Assembly: GCA_024704765.1 (NCBI GenBank)
Contig: JAKMXF010000111.1
Span: forward strand, 1,256,619 to 1,320,618
Source of the DNA: Oopsacas minuta
Taxonomy: Eukaryota; Animalia; Porifera
Direction of reading: 5' to 3'
DNA length: 64,000 bases
This document shows, in pieces, positions 57,801 to 64,000 of the stretch. The notes beneath the pieces were generated by a model. That model saw only the letters and a program-made list of their open reading frames with translations. It made no database searches and was not told the DNA's origin. The first letter of the stretch is position 1, and each line of letters starts with the position of its first letter. Position numbers and translations under genes: made by a program.

Positions 57801-60800
57801 TATCTTAACGAATAACCAAAATATATTCAAATATTAATTCAAAATATGTACAATGCTACAGAATGCTAACGAAATTTTAAATTTGTTATTTTAGGATTAA
57901 AAAGGAGGGAAAATTGTTTGCCTGAGAGAGCGGAGCAATTAGGCTCAACACTTGTCCGATGCCTCGGGAAGGATATCGGCCAAAAACAGAACAGTTGACA
58001 AATAAGCCATTGGATGCACTTGTGTATTTTATTAGATTGATGAATTGGACCGAAAGGAGGGTTTGATATCTCAAATTAAAAGATGAATTTATAAACTACC
58101 AACGATAACCTACCATAACAACTATTATTCAGTATTGGAAATCAGTGAAATGAATTAACACAGATAAATAAAAGAATTATTTGCATTATGATTGTTTAGA
58201 TATCTAAAATATTAATATCAAATATTATTTTACAATTGTCAAACAAACAAATTATTTAGTCTATTGTCATCTATATTAAGCAAAAATATTCTGCAATGCT
58301 ATATGAGTAATAAATATTCCCTTCTTTGATATCAATTAAATATACTCTATAGCGATAATATATAAACTAATGTGAGTAATAGCAGTAGAAATAGCTATCC
58401 CCCCAATAAGTATTAATCAGTTTGTAGAAGTTATTATAAAATAAGAAACAGTATAAATAGCCTAAAAGCAGGCAGCAAATATAAATATTTATAAGTAGGA
58501 GCTGACTGTAATTCACTCTATCAATTACTAGTCAACTATCAACAACCAACTTCAATATATCAGACTACTGATCTCAAACATTCACAGGCTAAGGTATTAT
58601 GTAGATAAATCATATATCAGAACCCCAGCCCAATATAATTGGGGGTCAAGGTAGGTAGAGTTGGGGATAGGGACCTTACAGTAACAATATTCCAACCTAA
58701 AATCAACTCTAAATGTAGGGAAATTTGTATTTGGCTATACAGAGTCAACTCCCGTTATACCGAACACGGACATATAGAAATGCCTGATTATCTCGAAGTC
58801 TAAAATTATTAAAAATCAAATTAAGGTTATTTCATTCGTCATATCGAATTCTACTTATATAGATTTAATTATCGCGGCTTGAACTTCGATATTATGAGAG
58901 TTGACTATGTAAATACATTCTAGAACAATATCTAAGAAAGAATATGTCTGACTCAGTAGAGAACTTGCTATTCAACGGAAAGAAAGGCTATTTAATGAAA
59001 CTATTTGATCCTAAATTTTCTGAATTTCTGAGATGTGTAGCAATATGTCAAAGATGTGAAAGAATAATGCGAGACCCTTGTAAGATATTACAGGGTGGTC
59101 CTCAAGACACTGTCTGTCTAAACTGTAAAAAGGATGGAGAAGAAGTTACAGAACTGAAGGCTATCCAAAGAGGTATTTTAATTTTGAGAGTGAAGTGTGC
59201 TCTACAGGAGAGAGGCTGCAAATGGACAGGAAAGCTCACGGAGATAAGAGATCATCTAGGAAATTGCGAGGAATTTCTGCTCGAATGTCCTCAGAAATGT
59301 AAAGAAATAAGGAAAAGAAGCGACTTAGAAGTTCACATGAAAAATCACTGTGCAATGAGAATAGTTGAATGCGAGCACTGTACACGAAAATTTCACTTCA
59401 AAGATATGGCAACTCATTTAAATACGTGTGAATACTTTCCGGTAGAATGTATTTGTGGTGAACGACCGAGAAGAAAAGATCTACGAATCCATCAACGAGA
59501 CATCTGCTTAGAAACCGTCATTGAGTGCCACTTTAAAGAATATAAATGTGAAGAAAAGTTTAAGAGAAGATTCTTAGAAGAACATCTAAAGAAAAATGAA
59601 GTCAAACATATTACATTGAAAGTAGTAGCGCTAGAAACGAGAATCCAAATCTTAGAGGGGAAAAATAACAAACTAACTGCTGAAGCGAGACAATTAGCTA
59701 TTAGCAAGATCGATTATGAGGAACAAAACAAGAAACTCAAAACAGAAGTAGATCGATTAGAGGCTCGTAACATAGGGATTGAGAAGATGAATAACAATCT
59801 TAATAAAAAGGTATATATACTAGATGAGCTGAGTCGCTATACATTTGTCCTAGATTGGATAATCGTCGTGAACATTGGTAAGATGCCTGATATCAATGGA
59901 CCTACTTTCATTTTACCGGATTCTGGGATAAAAGTCTACACAAAATACCGAATTCAAGAGTATGCGAATGATATACTATCTCTTTCAATTGCTGTCTGGC
60001 CTATAAGTATGAAAGAAGCATTTTCTTATAACTATTGGAGTTTCATAGTAGATCAACATGATCAATTGTCAACTCTGTGTAACTACAAATGTACAGATAA
60101 CAGAGAAATGATAACGGGAACAGCAAGCAAAGTATTCGAATCTTGTAAAACTATAGCTAAATTCCCTCGAAATGAAATCGATAATCTAAAACTCAAACAG
60201 AATGGAAAGCTGCATGTTAGGATATATGTCAAAAGATAGATAGATAGATAGATGTGTAATTATCTTAACTGTTCCAGTAATCAGCTGAGGGTTTATGAAT
60301 CTTCATATTATATGTAATCTTAAATATTTGGTATGCTTTTACAAATAGTTGTAAACTTGTAATGGATAATAAGCAAAATGTTGTATATAATGATTTGATT
60401 GAACCAGGGTATATGCGCCAAGTTTTGTGTTCTGGTAGGAAATGTCCTCCAGGTTTGAATATATTCTAAAACCTTGCGCATATGAACCAGAGTCACCAAA
60501 GTAAATTGAACACGCTCCTAATAGTCCTCACATGAATTAGGTCAAATCTCTTAATCCTCAGTTATGATCAAAAGTATAATTAAGAGAGCAATTGACTTCA
60601 CTTAAATAATAGAAATACTTGATTGATACGAATTTGTAAAAAATCGTTTTAGTAATCTATTAAATCTCAATTGTTGTCTGTCTGTCTGTCTGTCTGTCTG
60701 TCAGTCTGTCTGTCAGTTTGTTTGTTTGTCAGTTGTGAAGGATAGGATTTACGGTATGCAATTTTGAAATTTTATTTATCGTGTTTATCAAGGAAGTAAA

Positions 60801-63385
60801 TAGAATTCAATAAAACTTCACTAAATATATTGAACATGCTGAATCCGATTTTCACATTTTTGGATTAATCATATGTAAATTTATTGTTGTTTTTATGAAT
60901 ATAAAGTAAACAAATTAGCAAAATCTTAAAGTTTACGTAGATAATTGCCCTCAACGACTACAAAGGGACTTTATCTTACAAAATAATTCAATATCATGTA
61001 TGTCATATATGCATATTTGTGAATTACATTTTCTAAATATATCTCTATTATAATACTCAAGGGAGCCGTCAATTTGGAGAATAATGGATACCTCGAGGCG
61101 GAATGCGGCAAGTTCATCGCGAAGCAACGAGCCAAAGCGATCAGCTTGTGCAACTGCGTGCTGCGTAGTAATAATACTACGCAGCACGCAGTTGTTCAAG
61201 CTGATAAGTAATAATATTCTGAATAGTAATATTATATTCCAATATTAGGTTAACAATACACAGTGTCTCTTTGTGTAGATTCGCAATATAGAATTATTCA
61301 ATATAATTTAATTAGAACAATGAATGAAGTTAATACTGTTGATATAGTTTAATTAATCTTTTCAGTTTCAGGTGAAAGTTTCCCCACTATACGTATACCT
61401 ACTATATAAGTGTAGATGCGGCTGACCCAATAGAGAAATTGATATTTGTTGGAAGAGACAAAGGGTATGTGAAGACATTAATCCCATATACTATCTTACA
61501 GTTTATGACAAGTGCATTAACGTGTCCAAGATGTGGAGGAATAATCCGAGATATGTGTGTGATAAAAGACAGTGATCAACTTATAGTTTGTCTAAACTGT
61601 AAGAAAACAGATGAGTAGTAACCAGGACTACTCAATTCAAAGAAGCAATATCAGGATTGAGAGTAAAGTGTCCGTTACAGAATAGAGGCTGTAGGTACAT
61701 TGGAAAATTGAGTAATTTAGAAAGTCACATGCAGTATCGTCAGTAATTTATATTTGACTGTCCTCAGAATTGTAACCAAATATTGAAGAGGAAGTCTTTA
61801 AAACTCATAAGAAAATTTCGTGTAATATGAGGCTAGTTAGATGCGTTAATTGTGAAGAGAGATTATACTTTAAAGATATGAGAACTCATTTGGAGGTTTG
61901 TAAGTATTTTCCCGTACAATGCGTTTGTCGTCAACGCATTCGAAGAAAAGATCTACAAATTCATAAACAAGACAATTGCTTGTAACTTTAAACAACATGG
62001 ATGTGATGTTATGTTTAAGAGAAGATCCTTAGAGTCTCATATACAGGAAAACTAAGCCAAACACCATATACTTAGAATAAGAACACTTGAGAGTAGAATT
62101 ATTACTTTAGAGAGTCAAAACTATAAACACAAAGATGAGGAAAACAATCAAAAGAAATAAACAAAATTGTTGAAAAACAAAGAGATCATTGAATCAGAGG
62201 ATTTCAGTCAGTACAAGTTAGTTCTGAATTGGAGAATATTAATAGACAATTTCAGAGGTACATTATTGGTGTATGGACTTACATTCACTATTCCTTGTTG
62301 TGGAATAAAATTCTTAACTAAATGCCTCGTAAAAAAAACACACTGATATTAGCAGTTGTTGTCTGGCCTGTCAGAATGAAAGAAGCGTTTTCATACAATT
62401 TCTGGAGTATTGTTATAGATCAAGAAAATGATAAATTATGTGAGAAACAAGAGGGTAATTATAAATGTATTATTAACAAGGAAATAACGCCAGCATCTAC
62501 AAGCAGGCCATTCGAAGCTAGTATGCTCATTGCTAGATATAAACTAGCATGTCTCTATGAATATATTAAAGACGGAGTATTGAATGTTAAGGTATATACT
62601 CAGAAATAATCTTCAGTTTGTATTTTGGCTAACCCTCTCCCCAGGATGTACCTGGTGTGATAGAGTTTCTGGGAGATATACTCCCAAACAACTCTTAAAT
62701 AAATATAAATATTTATACCTAATCTAATGATTCTAAGTTGGTTATGACGTCATAACGTAAGACAAATAAAGCAGGAAATAGTACTGCATGCATCTATAAC
62801 ATTACAATATATAAGTGGAATTTGATTAATGCGAACTCCAAATTGTACATTACACGATTCTCATTGATAGACATTGAAGGAGACTGAACATTTGTAGATG
62901 ATATCAGTATTGTATTAATCTTGTGTTATTGTATTAGTATAACGAGAGCCTACTACACACCCTATATAAGATGGTTACATAAACATACCTTTAGTCTGCT
63001 CAGGAGCTAACCACTGCACAGCAGTAGCATTAGTAACCTTATACTCAATGTTGATCTTTAATTCATCCTTACCAACAATCATATCACTAAATAAAGTTAT
63101 TGATAGAGAAGTTCCAAGGACAGAGGATGCTCCTATCTCCCATTTCAATTTGCGGTTACTAACACAATCGCATACCTCAATTACTTGTATGTTATGAATA
63201 TCAAGTATCAGTAGAGGAGAGGGTACTCCACTAGAACATATGTTAAAGTGTAGCTCAGCTGTAGCAGATATTATCTTAGAACTAAAGTCAAAATCTGCTT
63301 CCCACACAAGATGAGACAATCTGTAATCTTTTGTGTTAGCACAAGACAGAGGATCAGTAGGAAATATAGTTTCTGTTGTAGCCAT
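54855..63385 (-). CDS. LTA4H: Leukotriene A4 hydrolase / M1 aminopeptidase, 6 exons, 633 aa
   Basis: complement(join(54855..55065,55614..56103,56462..56757,57153..57362,57419..57716,62989..63385)) = 1902 nt, GT-AG and in frame. [28 protein letters not shown]...[14 protein letters not shown] and [10 protein letters not shown] motifs. Confidence 0.94.
57731..57762. repeat. (gataacca)x4 minisatellite near the LTA4H intron 1 acceptor
   Basis: Four exact 8-bp units. Confidence 0.85.
58740..58909. mobile_element. pogo/Tc1-like MITE with TA duplication
   Basis: ta|cagagtcaactccc ... gagagttgactatg|ta. Confidence 0.75.
58944..60239 (+). CDS. TRAF-like protein (degenerate RING, TRAF zinc fingers, coiled coil, MATH-like C-terminus), 431 aa, nested antisense in LTA4H intron 1
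   Basis: [33 protein letters not shown]...HMKNHC, CEHC...HLNTC, C.CG...HQRDIC zinc fingers; heptad region; beta-rich C-domain starting FVLDWII. Confidence 0.85.
   Translation: MSDSVENLLFNGKKGYLMKLFDPKFSEFLRCVAICQRCERIMRDPCKILQGGPQDTVCLNCKKDGEEVTELKAIQRGILILRVKCALQERGCKWTGKLTEIRDHLGNCEEFLLECPQKCKEIRKRSDLEVHMKNHCAMRIVECEHCTRKFHFKDMATHLNTCEYFPVECICGERPRRKDLRIHQRDICLETVIECHFKEYKCEEKFKRRFLEEHLKKNEVKHITLKVVALETRIQILEGKNNKLTAEARQLAISKIDYEEQNKKLKTEVDRLEARNIGIEKMNNNLNKKVYILDELSRYTFVLDWIIVVNIGKMPDINGPTFILPDSGIKVYTKYRIQEYANDILSLSIAVWPISMKEAFSYNYWSFIVDQHDQLSTLCNYKCTDNREMITGTASKVFESCKTIAKFPRNEIDNLKLKQNGKLHVRIYVKR
60640..60960 (+). mobile_element. HINE/DINE-like repeat with (ctgt)n microsatellite
   Basis: (gtct)n/(gttt)n tract at 60678..60730 followed by atgctgaatccgattttcac, a motif shared with repeats at ~7440, ~7920, ~24390 and ~41760. 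Boundaries approximate. Confidence 0.45.
61140..61205. other. 31-bp near-perfect hairpin (4-nt loop)
   Basis: atcagcttgtgcaactgcgtgctgcgtagta-ataa-tactacgcagcacgcagttgttcaagctgat; 29 of 31 positions are Watson-Crick. Confidence 0.9.
61416..62609 (+). pseudogene. TRAF-like pseudogene, tandem paralogue of 58944..60239
   Basis: Colinear remnants ([59 protein letters not shown]) with in-frame stops at 61616, 61744 and ~62053, and frameshifts. Confidence 0.88.
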
Positions 63386-63756
63386 AATTATAATTAGGAT
63401 AACTATATATCACAACTACACTATCTACTATAAAGTATATATGACATAGTTACATAATTTGAGAACTACAGTAATCAGGACCGTACACAGGGGCTGGGGG
63501 GGGTTGGCTCGAACGAACCGTAAATATAGGAAGATTTCGGGCTGGCGTCACTAGCCTAGTTTGTCAATTTTGGTGTTGTCAGTATTGTTTCGATGGTAAT
63601 TGAGATTTCAACGTTTAGCTGATTTGGTTTAACCCGACCACATCAAAATCCGTGCCGGTGGGGCCTATGATTTATATTGTTCATGCACCCATGAGTTCTG
63701 ATTATTAAGTTTCACATTGTCAAAAGATAAATATAAAATTAAGTAAATGAATAAAA

Positions 63757-63923
63757 CAGTCAACTCCAGTTATATCGAAGTTCGAGGACCGCGATAATTC
63801 CTTCGATATGACCTGATATAATGTATGTTATTTTGCTGGTTTGGGAACATATTTGCACTATTTCAGACTTCTATGTAAGCGGGAATTTCGAAAATGCTTG
63901 TTCGATATAATGGAAGTTGATTG
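63757..63923. mobile_element. pogo-like MITE, same family as 10675..10993
   Basis: cagtcaactccagttatatcgaa / ttcgatataatggaagttgattg inverted ends. Confidence 0.7.
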
Positions 63924-64000
63924 TATAATTGTATATTTGATTGATAGGAAGTCAAGTCCGAGTTATTACATGGCAATATTAATTAACATCTGGTAGAGAG

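Noticed and set aside
62322-62609. Intact small MATH-like gene
   Set aside because: It is the 3' end of the TRAF-like pseudogene, which has upstream stops and frameshifts.
1-64000. tRNA, rRNA, autonomous transposase or recombinase genes
   Set aside because: None recognised by eye. No enzyme for a programmed rearrangement is encoded in the window, so any R4/R5 inversion would rely on general homologous recombination or factors encoded elsewhere.

Overview
AT-rich eukaryotic (metazoan) genomic DNA with short GT-AG introns. The compact layout and receptor types suggest an early-branching animal such as a sponge (inference only). Main result: a nine-exon GSTZ1 (maleylacetoacetate isomerase / GST zeta) gene, absent from the ORF track, runs on the minus strand from 46478 to 1775. 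Its fifth intron (3354..44697, 41,344 bp) is filled almost edge to edge by a cluster of 14 single-exon type-I membrane receptor genes (R1-R14). Their modules are a variant SRCR-like domain, EGF repeats or mucin stalks, a TM helix, and either an Eph/Src-like tyrosine kinase (6 intact, 1 pseudokinase) or a kinase-less tyrosine-motif tail (7 genes). The receptors share modules in mix-and-match fashion: a 684-bp identical inverted kinase tract (R4/R5), a 382-bp identical EGF cassette (R7/R13), and a shared ectodomain whose SRCR-like tip differs by 23 replacement versus 1 silent codon change (R1/R2). Together this looks like a rapidly diversifying immune or self/non-self recognition locus hidden inside a housekeeping intron. 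The nesting recurs at the right end, where a TRAF-like gene and its pseudogene copy lie antisense in the 5.3-kb first intron of LTA4H. Other genes: TSEN15, an orphan multi-pass membrane protein, MSL3, a PA-TM-RING E3 ligase and PARG. Spacers and introns carry many small non-autonomous DNA transposons. No tRNA, rRNA or CRISPR was recognised.
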